Shown in pieces: positions 1-13,984 of a stretch of DNA of 64,000 bases. The stretch spans positions 2,418,001 through 2,482,000 of the forward strand of contig NC_087437.1 in the NCBI RefSeq assembly GCF_036321535.1, read 5' to 3'. The first letter of the stretch is position 1. Each line of letters opens with the position of its first letter. The translations under genes were made by a program, and so were the position numbers. This DNA is from Camelus dromedarius. Its lineage: Eukaryota. The notes under the pieces are model-generated. The model made no database searches. It had not been told where the DNA came from and was given only the letters and a program-made list of their open reading frames with translations.

Positions 1-6
1 TATAGG

Positions 7-56
7 TTATATATATATATAATATATATATAATATATATATATAATATATATATA
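7..56. repeat. (TA)n microsatellite
   Basis: Direct inspection. Confidence 0.9.
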
Positions 57-184
57 AATTTCTAGTTGTATTTTTATCATCATTTTTAAACATTGTATTA
101 TGATGAATCCATACACTTGGCTTGACTTTAATTCTTGAAGTTGAAAAAATGTTTTCAACAGTGTTTGATCAGTTATCACATGAA

Positions 185-355
185 ACTCCAGTCCTGGCCA
201 ACATCCTGATTACATCCTTGTGAGAGACTTTGAAGCTCAAGGCCTGGCTCAACAATGTTCCAATTCTTGACCCATAGAAACTCTGAGATAATGAATGTTT
301 GTTGTTTTAGCTGCAAGTTCTGTGATAACTTTTTATCTAGCAATATATAACTACT
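185..355 (+). mobile_element. MLT1-type MaLR LTR 3' fragment
   Basis: cttgacccatagaaactctgagataatgaatgtttgttgtttta...tagcaatatataact terminus motif. Confidence 0.75.
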
Positions 356-1366
356 AAGGGGGCTTTTAAAAAAAATAGCTTCTCAAGTTCCAGTCCTATG
401 TGATTCTTTAAGTTTAGGATGTTAACCAGAATATGTGGAGTTTTTTTTTTTTTTTAACTCTCTGTGTAACTCTTTTATTACAATCTATCTGGATTGTGAA
501 TCACTGCTCTAGGTCGTACCCCTCCCTTCCCCCAAAACTTTTATATTGTTAGCAGAATATTCTTACTAAAACTCATAAATGACCACGCTTTTTGTGTTTT
601 AATCTCAATGATTACACATTACTAATAAAATAAGCTTCTGACTAGCCAGCAGAGAGCACAACACCCTTAACTCTCAGGCTGCTATGTATCCCCCATATAC
701 TCTACTAGTCACCCCACAAAAGGCGTTGTAAACAATATGCAGCTGGTCCTCCTTGCAGACTCTTTCCTGTCTCCACGCATTTGCAACACTTGTTTCAACT
801 TAGAATTTTCATTCTCTAGCCCAGCTCCCATCAAACTGCAAACTGCTCATCTACAAAATATAAATAAAAATGTGCCTCCTCTATGAATCACATAACTATT
901 TTGAGACTTGTCTCCTTGTGACATAAATAATTTTTATAATTTGTCTCTTGAGCAGTAGATTGTGGACATTTGCATAGCCTAGACCCAATTTCATCAATCT
1001 GTGTTTACAGCAGCATTGTTAAAAATGAGACATCCGTCATACACAAAGAGCAAACTCAAGCCACAAGATTGTTATTCAATGAAATATAGAATAAATTTTT
1101 AAAAAATGTGTTCAGCCCTAGTTGTTCATAAAGTGCTATACACACCATCATGTTATTGCCCTTATTCTTAACATATATTTTTCCTAGTTCAGTATTTTAT
1201 ATATCAAATAATATGGTTGATTTTCATTATTGCTTTCAAGTTTTATATTGTATCATTGTTTTCAAATGCCCACCAGTGAGTAACCAGCAATCTAGTAAAG
1301 GTTCTTAGGAGATCTGTGAGACCCCAAGAGGGGCATAACTCTTAGGATTAAAGTTAGTGCCAAGTA

Positions 1367-1578
1367 CAATTTTGAAAATCGTAGCATAGATAAACAAAAT
1401 TATAGTGTATAGCATAGAGAAATGTACACAAAATGTCATGGTAGCTCACAGAGAAAAAAATGCGACAATGAGTGTGTGTATGTCCATGTATGACTGAAAA
1501 ATCGTGCTGCACATTGGAATTTGACACAACACTATAAAATGATTATAAATCAATAAAAAAAATGTTAAAAAAAAAAAA
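1367..1578 (+). mobile_element. 5'-truncated young L1 3' end with poly(A) and TSD
   Basis: L1 3'UTR (gtatgactgaa...ttgacacaac); TSD aaagttagtgc(c/a)aagta at 1350-1366 and 1579-1595; TT|AAAG site. Confidence 0.9.
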
Positions 1579-1614
1579 AAAGTTAGTGCAAAGTAAGACA
1601 TTGTCAACCCCTAA

Positions 1615-2080
1615 CCCCAGCTCCCGCCCCCAGCGCCCGCCCGGCTGCCGGTTCCGGAGCCGCTGCGCCGCGCGGAGCCGCCGCCCAGGGCGCCGGCCGG
1701 GGGACTGCGCGCCGCCGGCCGGGCCGCTGTGCCGATCTTCACGGGCGCGACGGTCCGAACCGAGCCGGCTCCGCGGCGGGGCCGCCGGCGGAGGGGCGAC
1801 AGCGGCGTCCTGCGTGTCCGAGCCGGGCAGCCGCTGCTCCGCACAGCGCCCCGCCCCCGCCCGGGGTTTGCGGAGACAGAGCAAGAGGCTGTGTTTATGG
1901 TCAGTAAAAACATTCTGCTGCCCAGGGGAGAGGGTTGGGGGGAGGAAGATAACGCCGGTTCCAAATGTTGTTTGCTCTGTAGGCTGCGTTATTTTGAGTC
2001 TTTTAGAGGGATGGCCCCTGGGTGACCCAACTTGAAGAGTTTTCTTAAGCTCGCAGGTGGAGGAGACGTTTACTGCAGCT
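1615..2080. promoter_or_regulatory. CpG island (very GC-rich core 1620-1875) with GC boxes
   Basis: Dense CpG, ccgccc motifs near 1624 and 1850; abrupt left edge, gradual right shoulder. Confidence 0.85.
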
Positions 2081-5040
2081 AGTGGATTGTGAGAACAGTG
2101 GCAGCCCTGCACCCCCCAGCTGACGTTAAAGTTTGCTAAAAGCATGTAATTTCTTGATCACTCGGGTTTTGAAGATGACTGTTATTTCCAGTGTATTCCA
2201 GGACCAGCTGCATCATGTGGTGGTGTGCAAAGTGCTTTATTTCAGGGTTAGCTTTTTGACTTCCCCGTAGTGTGCTTAAAGACCTCAAAGTGTGTTTAAA
2301 AGCTTTGGATTGAAATTTTCTCCTGAATGCTTTGGATGCTTATAGACTAATTTGGTAATTTAGAAAATATCCGCATATTCCATGTCATGATTGTTGCCTT
2401 TCTTTCCTTTGTCCCTTTAACCGTCTGACTGCGGAGCCACGCTTAGCTTTGTCCTGTCTTCTGTTTGGTCTGGATGATGCTTTGTAGGTAGACTTCTGCT
2501 TTGCACTCGCGGTGTTCATTTGCCAGAGAAATGTTTCAAGTTAGGAGCTTCTAGGAGGCGTTTAGCTTAAACTATTGTAGCTGCAGACCCTCTATAGGGC
2601 CTTTTCTTTAATGTCTGTATTTACGTTCTACATACGGCTTCTAACAAATCACTTCTGTGTCCGTTTTCACTTTTTGTTAGACACTGATTTCTATGAAGTG
2701 GAAAATAAGACAAACCACGTGAGGCAGTTTAAACTACTGATAAGCAGTGGTATGTATGACAGCCTCTGCTTTTCAAATGTGAAACAGTGAGAATAGAAAC
2801 TGGTGTAGCCTGATGATTGAAGAAAAAAGTTAAGTTTACTTTTTATCTTCGTGGGCTAAGACCCTTGTTAAACAAAAATTTTCTAAATTCAGAACTCTAG
2901 AGTCATCTTAAAAGTATCATTTTGCATTAAATATTGGCTAAAAGGCTACTTAGTTTTTGATGTGATTTTATTTAATATATAGTATTTTTATCTACAAGTC
3001 AGAGCTATTTATGGTCCAGTTGGTAAGGAGTTTATATGAGGGTGATGTGTAGAATAGAACACATTCAGGTTCTCATATGAGAGGATGGATATGTTTGTGT
3101 CCATAAGGAGACATCGTAGTGGATTTTTAGGTACTGAATCCTTTTTCAGTTGCTCCCCCATCCAATTTGTCAATCTCTATATTGCATTAGTTTTTCTTGC
3201 ACTTAATGTGAGGAGGGGGAAGCTGGAAAGGAGAATTCATGTGTTTAGAGTCATAAAACTTAAACTTCCCTAGTGCCTCCAGTTCTAGCACGTGCCCCAG
3301 CCTGTGCTGTGTTTGTAGGAAGACATCATGAACTTTCTAGAGTTCAGTGTCTATATAGACATGGGCTCACGTATATAGAAGTGCTTTTCTTTCTTATTTG
3401 TAACCACATTAGAAATGTATCAGAAGTATCATGATTAGGTGTAGCCTAATGAATTTCTATGTATGTGTTTTACTTTTTAAAAATCATATGTTAATGAGTT
3501 ATTGTCTTTTTCTCCTAAAAAAAAATTAATTGGTGTGTATGAGTGGTCAAAAGGTATTTTAACTGTAGCAGTAAATTTAGTCCCATAATGTTTTGGTTTA
3601 ATGAAGTCATACTTTAAATGAACTTTAGATTATGACAGGTTTTTTACATTGAAAAATCTGGTATAAATGCTTTGCTCCAGGCATTATATAGAAATAAGTT
3701 TCCTGGAAGTTTGGCCAAAAGTTACAAAAGTATCAAAGCTTAAGCTGTTTCACTTCTACCAGCAAGTAAGGGCCTGTGAAATTAATAAGAAAGCCTTTTT
3801 TTGTCTTTAGCTTTAAGGGGCTCGGACTCTTCAGCTTTTTAACTGAGATTGATACTCCAGTTAGCGGTCTCATTTTAAGAAGGCCCATTTCATCCCCTAC
3901 ATTAACAGTGCCTTCCCTATGTATGTGCAGGGCCTCTCTGAGTAGCAGGGTTTGAGGGAAGTGGGCATCAAAGCACCTCTCAGTTTTCTGATCTCCTTTT
4001 TATAACTTGTTTAAAGTGTTCCAGGGTGTTTATGATCTGGTATCTTTTAAATTATCCTACAGACTTGCAGGCTGGGGCAGTCAGGGTGAGGGACACTTCT
4101 GTGATGTCTGCTGTGTATCTGGTACTGTGTTCAAAGTGTCACTTTTCAACAATTATGAGAGTGTTCCATTTGAAGAAGCAGGCTTAAAGAAATAATTTTT
4201 CTATCATCATGCACCTGCTAAGTGGTGAACTACACATTCAGACCCAAACCGTTTGGTCTCAAAGGCTGAGCTTTTTATTCATTGACCCTCATATCTCTTT
4301 AAAAGCAGTTTTCATGTTTTAGCCTAAAGGTGGCCTCTGGACTGACCATCTTAGAGATGTGTTTTGTTGATTTGCAGTGTCTTTGAATTTCAACTAGTGA
4401 TCAGCATTGAAAAACTGGGAAATTTCTCAATGAGGCTTATGGATTTCTGGATTTTTAGGGATGACTTGAAAATCCAGTCACTGGTAGGCTGTGTTCCCAC
4501 CTTCTGGGGCAGAGTGGTGGGGCAGTATCTGCCGTTTGTAGATCGGGGTGTGTGTGCAGTCAGCGCGGTCCCCTCACCCTGGCTGGTGACGTGCGTGGCC
4601 TACGGCACTGATGTTCTGTTACCCGCCTCAGTCCTCGTAGGTGTGTCATTCACGTCTCTGCCCCAGCTTCCCCTTGCATGGATGACTCCAACCTTTAAAA
4701 ACAAAACGTTTTTTTGGACTGTGACCACTTATGCAACTTCTAATATATTGCTTGTCATTCTTAATTTATTCAGAAGTCCTAAAAGTTTGTTAATAAAACC
4801 TGTGGTATACATAATACTTTTAATCCAGTGTTAGCTTATTAGGTATTTTTTAAAACTTTGTTTTTTATAATAGTAACAATTTGCAAGTTCTAAAGAATGA
4901 TGATTATAATTTTTCCACATCTCTTCATCTCAGTGAGCAAATAAAAAAAACACTACTTTTTTACTGGGATGAGACTCACAAAAAAAGAAATTGATTGAAG
5001 ATCATATAAATAACTTTTTTTCTTTTAAGAATGGGTTATA

Positions 5041-5371
5041 GAGATATCGCCTCCCACTAGTCAGAATGAGCACCATTAAAAGTCCATGAATGATAAACAC
5101 TGGGGAGGGTGTGGAGAACAGCAAGCCTCCTGCACTGCTGGTGGGAAAGTAGTTTGGTGCAGCCACTATGGAAAAACAGTATGGAGATTCCTTAAAAAAC
5201 TAAAAATAGGCTTATCATGTGATCCAGCAGTCCCTCTCCTGGGCATGTATCCAGAGAGAACTCTTAACTCGAAAGATACATGCACCCCAGTGTTCATAGC
5301 AGCACAATTTACAATAGTCAAGACATGGAAACAACCTAAATGTCCATGACAGATGACTGGATGAAGTTGTG

Positions 5372-5408
<37 letters not shown>

Positions 5409-5911
5409 AATACTAGTCAGCCATAAAAAAGAATAAAATAATACCATTTGCAGCACCATGAATGGACCTGGAGATTATCCATTCCAAGTGAAGTAAGCCA
5501 GAAAGAGAGAAAAACACCATATGATATCATTTATTTGTTGAACCTAAAAAAAAAAAAAGACAGAAGTGAACTTATTTACAAAACAGAGACAGACTCACAG
5601 ACATAGAAAACAAACTTATGGTTACCAGGTGGGAAGGGACAAACTGGAGTTTGAGATTTGCAGATACTGAGTCCTTTATATAGAACAGATAAACAACAGT
5701 TCTCTACTGTATAGCACAGGGAACTAGATTCAATATCTTGTGTGGCCTATAATGGAAAAGAATATAAAAAGCTATGTGTGATCAGGATTTATTTAAAATA
5801 AATAAATACTAAAAAAAAAAGGAATGCATGTATGTATATGTATGACTGATGTATAACATGGTACACTAGAAATTGACACAACATTGTAAACTGACTAAAT
5901 GTCAATTTTAA
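5041..5911 (+). mobile_element. L1 3' fragment (ORF2 end plus 3'UTR) with internal (CA)n
   Basis: ORF2 C-terminal remnant (TVWRFLKKLKI...TCTPVFIAA...KTWKQPKCP); TSD aagaatgggttata at 5027-5040 and 5912-5925. Confidence 0.93.
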
Positions 5912-8900
5912 AAGAATGGGTTATAAATATAAACTCTGCTTTCAAAATGAAGACAATGAAATGGAATAAGAAATTGAACAATAAGCATTTTTCTAACATT
6001 GTTGGTAGATGACGGGTTTGGCAAAGAGAAGATTGCTGTGTAACAAGTCTCTGGGACCAGACTTAAAAACTTTGTTTGTTTTTGATGGAAGTTTTTCTGA
6101 AATGTATTACATACTTATTGTGTCCCTAAGGTGGACTGAGTTTAATCTTTTCTTAAATGTTTGAAGTTTAGTATAAGAACGACTTACTGTTTTCAGCTCT
6201 CTTGTAGTTTCTGTTTTTTATTTTTCCAGAAACAACTGAATGGGCATTCTAAATTTACACTAGATGATGGTGTTTCTTATTCTTGTATCTAGTTTTAATA
6301 CTATTTCCAACTTTTTATTTAAATTTCCTGATTTTCCTGCAACCTTGAGGATGTCACCTTCTGATTTAACTGTTTCTAATATAATTTCTGTGGGGAAAGT
6401 AATCATACTTGACATTTGCCTGTTAAGTGGAATAAATAAATTCTGAATCTTCTGTGCAGTAAGATATATGAGCTTTAGTCATTTTTTTTTTAAACACCTG
6501 TTTTGGCTGTGTAGAGTTTAGTGTTGAGATTGCCCTGTTACTTTGTAAGTAACTGGGATGATGTATTAGTTAAAGTGAAGCAAAGTAGGATGGAGAGAAG
6601 AAACTGATGAATAACCAGAAAGACACAGCAAATAAAATGCACATTCCTTAGGCTTCGGGTAGATCATTTCTGAGATTTGAATCCTGAGTACTCTGGCTCT
6701 AAACTAATACACTAGGTTATTGATATTAAACATAGCCTAAAATGTCTGATTGTAATATGCTCTCCAGAAATGTAAATTATCAGTGAAGAAAAAGTACTTT
6801 CTGTATTTAAAGGAAAGATTAAGCACGAGGTAGATGACAGGGGCTCTGGATGTTCTGTTTTGCTGTTAGTTTGTAGTAAGTCGCTGCTGTGTTTTACATT
6901 ACAGGTTTGGTGACCATGATTCACATGAAGTGAAGTTTCTTGTTCATCTTTGAATTTTACTACATTCTAATGGTCTGGAAAATTTTGCCAAAGTTAGAGG
7001 TATATATTTAGGGTGGCCTAGCTTCAAATGCAGTCTATATGGGGTATCAAAAAATGGAGTTTGTTTACATGGAGAGATTTGGGGGCAGGGCAAGGGCAGT
7101 CACTGGCTATAACTGCTAACACAAAGTTTAATGAGAGGCCTATGTGGCCACTAGTTGCAGGAAACAAATTGTAGGTGCGAAAGGCTGTGAACAGAGAAAC
7201 ACACGGTGCCTTCAAGTCCAAGCCCCAAGTCGCAGGGCACTCACTCCAGGCTGCAGGACTTGATTTGTGTTTTGTGTTTTCACATGAGCAAGTCTGTGTG
7301 ACATGCTTGGGCAAACAGCCCCCGGGTTTTTTTTTAAAGAAGGATTTGATTTATTGAATGATTGTTGCTAATTCTCCTAGCAACTCTGAAGTCTGCTTGT
7401 TCTGAATGAAACCCCAGCAGGGCTAGCCCTCACGTAGTTGAGCGGCCCAGCTGCACAGCAGCGGGAGGAAGCCGTGCTCAGGGCGCATGGGAAGCGCGGG
7501 GCGGCCCCCCCCCAGTCAGATCCCCGGGAGGCTGTGGCCCTGCCGCCCGGCAGCGCGCAGGCCTCGGCTCGGTGCTCGTGGGGCCAGTCCTGTCCTGGCC
7601 GGGCTGAGGCAGCAGCAGCGCTGAGACCAGTTCTCAGGGAGTGCGCGTTCCTTTTGCTGTTGGGTGAATTCATCCCGAAGCTACTGCGGTTCCAACTCAA
7701 CAGAGTGGGAACGTGCGCAGGGAGGGCTCTGCTGCTCAGTCCCCAGACTTTCTGGTGTGTCTGTGACTCCAGGAGTCATGACGCCACTGCCTGGAGGGGG
7801 AAGAGACGTGAAAAACACAGTTTGTCGGAGTAGACAGAAATGCCAAGACCTAAAACTAGAGTTCCAGTTATGTGTTTAGCTGCAGTTGAAATGAGAATTT
7901 ATTCAGCAGGAAGGACATCAGCCAGCTGGGGGGAGCTTTCTGAGGCAGCAGGGAATGGCATGGAGTCTAGTGAGGAGCGTGCAGGTTTACCTGCCTGGAG
8001 TGCGGAATCCAAGGCAGGAAATAAGGGGAGATGCTAACAGGACCATGGTAACTGCGACTCTGATTATTCACGTAACAGGCCACGATAACCGTGAGGCAGA
8101 GTATTTGGAATTTTGGTTGGTTGAGCAGTTGGGATATAATACAATAGGAAATACATTAGCTGCTGGATGAACTGGGTGATTGAGTCCTGGATTAAGGTAG
8201 TGATTGCAGGAATAAATAAGAGTAGAACAAGACATTACATGGAAGAAAAACTGGTCAAACTTGGCAAATGTTTAATGTGAAATTATCAAAATTTCTTGAG
8301 GGCTCACTCTCTGGGTTGAATTTGGACCACAGACGCTGTTGTTTTGGGAAGAGTCTGATTTTATAAAACTTTGAGGAACTCAGTCTTTGAAGTTGAAAAT
8401 GTCTAAAATTCTGAATCCAGATAGGAGGTTATAGGTTGGGGTTTGTGTCAAAGCCCGATTTTATCCTACTTGCAAGCTAATACTTTTGTTGGGGGTTGGT
8501 TAAAACTTTGCACAGTCCTTCAGTAACCTGTGCCTAGTCATTTGGGAAGCTTTGGTCCAGATAGTTGGGAGGTAGAAGTTTGGTGAATTTGGAGAGGAGG
8601 GGAGAAATTAGATGTAAAGATACATTATCAATTATATTTCTCCTTTACAGGTATATATTTACTCTCCTTAAGTTGGAATTAGACACTTCAGGTCAAGAAT
8701 ATGCTTGATACCATTGATTATATGTGAATTGTAATTCCTGTTTCACAGACAAGGTGGAGGAAACTGTGATCTCTGCATTGGAGGCAAATGTATATGTATG
8801 ATTTGTGGAGCAGAATTACCTTTTCATTCATCTCTTCTTGCATTGTTGATGGCAAAGGATACACACATACACATCTTTGAACTTTGAACTTTGGATTTAG

Positions 8901-9339
8901 TTTTCAAAAGAACACAGGTAGAATCGTATACTTGGGAATTGAGTGGGGTATTTATACACTGCTTCTTTTCCTAAGAATTAAGTAGGTTAAGTTTGTAAAA
9001 ATGGTGAAGAAACTGTAAAGTGCTTTGCAAATATTGTTAAAATCATGCTGTTTCCAGACCTAGTTTCTTTTGGAATCCATCGGTTAGAAAATACGGATAA
9101 ATAAATGTATTTTTAGAAGTTGAAATACTGGAACATCATTACCAAACATCATCTAATAGAATTGAAAAATTCCTAATTCCTTCTCCAATATGATTTTATC
9201 ACTTTTTAATATTCATCATTCAGTCTTTTAAAATGCCTGTTATGAGTTTACATCATAGTATTTATAAAGTTTTGTATCCTTCAAGAAATTAACCTGTATT
9301 TAAAAATGTATATGCAGAGCAGAGCCCGCAGCACTTGTA

Positions 9340-9505
9340 GGAGGTGGAGAGGCGGTTTGGTTGTCACAGCTGGAGGGGTGCTCCCAGCACCCAGTGCCTA
9401 GAGGCCAGAGATGCTGGTAAACAGCTTACATGCATAGGACAGTCCCCAGCAACAACGAATTATCTGCCCCAAAATGTTTGCGGTGCTGAGGTTGAGAAAC
9501 CTCGC
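9340..9505 (+). mobile_element. MER20 (hAT) fragment
   Basis: ttggttgtcaca...gaggccagagatgctg...aattatctgccccaaaatgt...gaggttgagaaacc. Confidence 0.85.
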
Positions 9506-10216
9506 CCTAGCAGAGATTTGTCACTGTTGTCACTGTCTTCTTTGTCTTTTTTTGCATTGTTGTTATTTCCCACGGCTTGCTGTCTTAACTGATTACTCCA
9601 GTTGTGTAAGCTTCCCGTATCCTTACCCTGTGAAGCCTCCCTCTTCCAGCGCTCAGGCACTGCAGTCAGAACAAGTGGCGTCTGCTTTCCAGGGTTGCCC
9701 GTGCTTCTCTTCATCTCTGAGCTTGTGTTTGGGAAGAATATCTGATTCTGTTAATTTATAGCAGTGATGGAATGATGGCCCATGGGGATTATCTCAAAAC
9801 CAGACCAAGCCAGTTGCTTGTTAACCCAGAAGAGCCTGGATTAGAAGGGTTTTAGTTTCTGTGGAGGAAGATTTTTAAGGCACTTAAGCAGCAACTTACT
9901 CTGCAAATCTATCTTCACAATTAGTTCTACTCAGCTTCAACTTTTCACAATTTATTTTCCTCAAAATTTTAACTCGGAAGTCCTAAAAAATCTTCATATC
10001 TTTCTCATAACTCCATCCCTCTCTCCCCTTATTTTCATCTGTAACATTTTTGGCAGAATTGTTTTATTTACACATCCAGATTTCCTGGAAAGAGACAGAG
10101 GCAGATGGTTTGAGGTGCAATATGGGAGAAAGGTGAGGTCATGAGGGTGGGTTTAGGATATACTGCAGGATGTGGGATAGACAGATATCAACATTGGGGG
10201 AGTGACCAGAGCCATT

Positions 10217-10265
10217 GTGTGTGTGTGTGTGAGTGTGTGTGTGTGTGTGTGTGTGAGTGTGTATG
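10217..10265. repeat. (TG)n microsatellite
   Basis: Direct inspection. Confidence 0.9.
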
Positions 10266-11479
10266 TTAGATGGTTGAAAGTTACAGTCCTTTATGTGGGT
10301 CGCTAATGTCTCTCCTTGTGTCTGCACTTACTTGAAATGGTGTACAGGAGTTTCAAATTAGTGTGGAAATCTAAATTATGTACATGTTTCCACTTTTGGA
10401 TTTTTAAGTTATATTTCATAAGTGGATGTAATTTAATACATTCAGTATTAAATCGATGTTTTATGTCCTTTGTGATTGATTTAGTTTATAATTTATAGTT
10501 TATTATTTCACTTTGTGCCAGCTAACTGTATTAGTTTTAATTCTTAGAGACTAGCTTGTCTGAAAAAGTGGGTGGGTTGGAATATGCGTATAACTGTAGA
10601 CACACTCTCCTATCTTGAACTTTCACTTGTAGCTCTTTGGTGTAGATATTTGTAGAAAATAATTTGACTAGTTTCTAATGAAGAAATAGATAATGTAGCT
10701 AGGTTTAAAATCGCATTGTAGAAGTCGCTTCTCCAAGACTGCAGCAGTAAAGGCACTTAAGTATGTTGCTGAAACATAAGACAAGACTGTTCCTTGAAAT
10801 CTGCCTTTGTCCTACAAGAGAACAGCTTTGTTAATGGAATTTAGTTCTTTAAGATCAGAGTGAATACATAAATGTTAGAAGCCTTGGTCAGCACAGTGTG
10901 ATGCCTAAGACATGGTTGATGTCTCAAGTTCCTTAGGAAGAAAATACAATTTTATGTTGGGGAAAATGCTCTTGTTATCTGGTTTTTAAATTGCACAAGT
11001 GAAAAGGCTGTACAGAACACCTCAATTACAAGTGATTTTTCCTGAGGAATGGGAATGTGCCAGCCTTAGCTTATTCTTACAGATCGTCTCATATATTGTA
11101 AATTGAGTTTTCCTGTAAACACGAAGATCTGTGATGTCAAAAGATTTTTGCAGATTTTCTTCCTCTATTCATAATATTGTCTGATCAACTTTCTTTCATA
11201 GAAAAGGAACATGATTCACTTTGTTTCTTATGTAATATTGCTCTCCCACACAAAGATGGCACTGAGCCACCGTCAGTAAGCTGTGCGGATGGTCTCTTCT
11301 CCTCTGATGTCAATGGCATGTTCATTCTATGTTTTTTGCCCTGTTACATTTAATTTAGATCAGAACAGAAGATCGTAGGCTTTAGATTTAGGAGTTAGGA
11401 AGGAAGCTTTTGTTTGCAGGCATTCCTGGGAAGCAAGATGCTGTCTCCTGATGGAACATGAGAAATAACCCTAAGGGCT

Positions 11480-11740
11480 GGCACTTAGGGCATACTTACT
11501 GTATGCCAGGTTTCTGGATGGAGTTGATACACCAAATGCCCAGGTTAGGGTGTATCAACTCACATTCCACAACATCTCTGTAAGGCTCTGTTACTCTCAT
11601 TTTATAAATGAGGGAACAGGATCAGGGAGGGTAAGCTATCCAAGTCAGAAAAGCCCTTTAGCTATTAACTGGGGAAGCCAGGATTTGAATGTGTTCAGTC
11701 TGGCTCCAGAATTCATGCTCTTAAAAACTTAACTGCCTCT
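11480..11740 (-). mobile_element. MIR
   Basis: Core ctcattttataaatgagggaacagg and tail ggatttgaat...tctggctccaga. Confidence 0.7.
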
Positions 11741-13984
11741 AAGAAACATATGCTTTAAAAAATATAATGAGTTTGTTAGATTCTGCCTCTGTAAGAAGGT
11801 TGGATCATTTTACAATCAGAGCATAATTGAGGCTCTTTGTGCTTAGAGTATTTGAGCCATTTGGCTTTTGGTCGGTCAAGTTCTTTGCAAGGTTTTTGGT
11901 TGTTTTCGTTTTTGATGTTAGAAAGTGTTTGCAATTAAGAGAGGGTAAGCAGCTTACAGAAACATTTTATACACAATACCATTTCAGTTTTGCCAGAGAT
12001 AAATTTATATATGTATTCATTTTTTAAAAGCTGAGGACAGGTAATAAATCTCTGGATGGTGAGATATGGGTTCTATCTTTTACAAAAGTATCTATTAGAA
12101 AAGTAATCCCTTATGTAATTTTGTGATCAAGTACTCACAAAAGACATCAGGGGAAAAAAAACATTTTTTAATGGCAGTACCTTTAGTAAATACCAGTATC
12201 CTGGTGTCTTTCAAAAAAGTTACAGGAAATAAAATGCTTTTCTCAAATTATAAAAAAGAATAGACCTGCTAAGCTCTCCAGTGGCAAGGAGATCAAGTTC
12301 TGTTTTTTCTGCTTAGTGTCTGCTGGCCATTTTCCTCTTATTCCTGTGTGTGTGTAGGTCGGTGAGTTTTTGGTGTAGCTTTACTTCCCCCCTCCCCTGG
12401 TTTTTCTTTTAACTGTGAAAATTAGTTATCTGTTTTCTCCATATCACAGGTACAATCTAATTATTATTCTGCCAGTTTTACACATAGGCATTTGCTTGAT
12501 ATACTATGTTTGTTTTTCCCTAACTTTTTATCTTAAAAACTTCTATATTTTCTAAAAGGTTGGTAATATATATAGTCCAATGAACATCTATATACTTTTT
12601 ACCTAAGTTTACTAAAGGTTATCTTTTGCCACATTTGTTTTCTCTCTCTTAATATATATTGTTTTTTTGTTTTGAACTCCTAATTTCATACCCTTAAATA
12701 CCTCAGTTTGCTTCTTACAAGTTTAAGGGCATTGTCCTTACATAACCAAAAAGATTGTTTTCTCTTTTTAAGTGTGGGGATGTTCAAATTTCCCATGGAG
12801 CTTGTAGGTACTAGGCACCATGTGAATTTATTTTATGCAGATTTCTGGTGATTACAACTAAGGACTGGAAAGTAAAATGCTGTTGGTCTGCTTTTTATGT
12901 ATAGATAATGTCATAGTAGAGAAAAGAGACATTGACAAATAACTACCCTGCAGGATGGAGCATTTTATATAAGAACAATGGCACAATAAGGCAATAGCCT
13001 AGAGGTTATCATAGTATTATGACCTCTTAGGATAAAGATATTAGTAAGGATGAGCCTGGCTCAAGAAGATGCTAAAGTAGAGGACAGACAAACAAACAAA
13101 ACCCAGTACTAGTCCAAGTGGAAAGGTATCTGACACATAGATAAACTTCAGTTATCTAGAAAGTTTCCTCAGTGGAACCTGTCATTTTCCTTTGATGTCA
13201 GATCACTACCGTGTTACTGTAGTCTCGGTTAACTGGATTTTGTCTTCATCACTGTCAGGAAACAGATCTGTTTTCTCCGTTGTTGAGGACTTTACATGAT
13301 TAGGACATCCTCAGTGAGTGTTATATGCTTTAGCAGAAGGGAGAAAAGGAGTTAAAGTTCAGCATCCTTTGAGTCTTTCCTGGTCTGTTCCCTGTGGTTC
13401 CTGTTGCCCTGCTTGGGTAATGTATCCGAGTGATAAAAGCAGCTCCAGGTCTGTATTCAGGGACTACAATAGAATATTCATTTTTTTCATTGTTCATTGT
13501 TTTATTATTTTTACTCCTAGATTTGTAGGTTTGTTTCCCTGTTGAGTATTTTTTTATTCCCTATTAATTAAAAAAAATTACTTAGGCTGAATGGGTTAGA
13601 ATTTTCTCTATAAAAACTTAATTGCTTTTTCTCAACTACTATGTCTTCCTATTAAAAAAATATTTTTTAAACACTTAGCAGTTATCATTCCCTGCAAAAA
13701 TTAGACCAAAGGGAAATGTAGAATGTCTTCATGGTTATCTGATTCTATCCAATAAAAGGTGTAAAATTGACTATGTTATTGACATGAAACCTTATTTTAA
13801 AAAACCCTTTTCATTTTGGGGTAAATTTGGACTCACAGAATGTTAGTGCTAGAAGGAAGTTTTGTACTCTTGGTTGGGTTACTTAACATCTCCGTGCCTC
13901 ATCTTAAGATTAATTGTACTTGTCTTATATGGTTGATTTGAGGTTTAAATGAGATAGTATATTCATTGATTGATTAAGCCATAA

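Noticed and set aside
1606..1618. Interstitial telomeric array
   Set aside because: Only one full CCCTAA unit; mentioned only as a junction motif.
1543..2145. Overlapping 98-200 aa ORFs on both strands
   Set aside because: Low-complexity Arg/Pro/Gly/Ala frames expected in a CpG island; two run into the L1 poly(A); no recognisable domain.
6230..6270. Possible + strand 40-bp exon (KQLNGHSKFTLDD)
   Set aside because: Good acceptor but poor donor (gtgttt) and no recognisable homology or partner exons.
11125..11190. Possible C/D snoRNA (gtgatgt...ctga)
   Set aside because: Imperfect C box, negligible terminal stem, no recognisable guide sequence.
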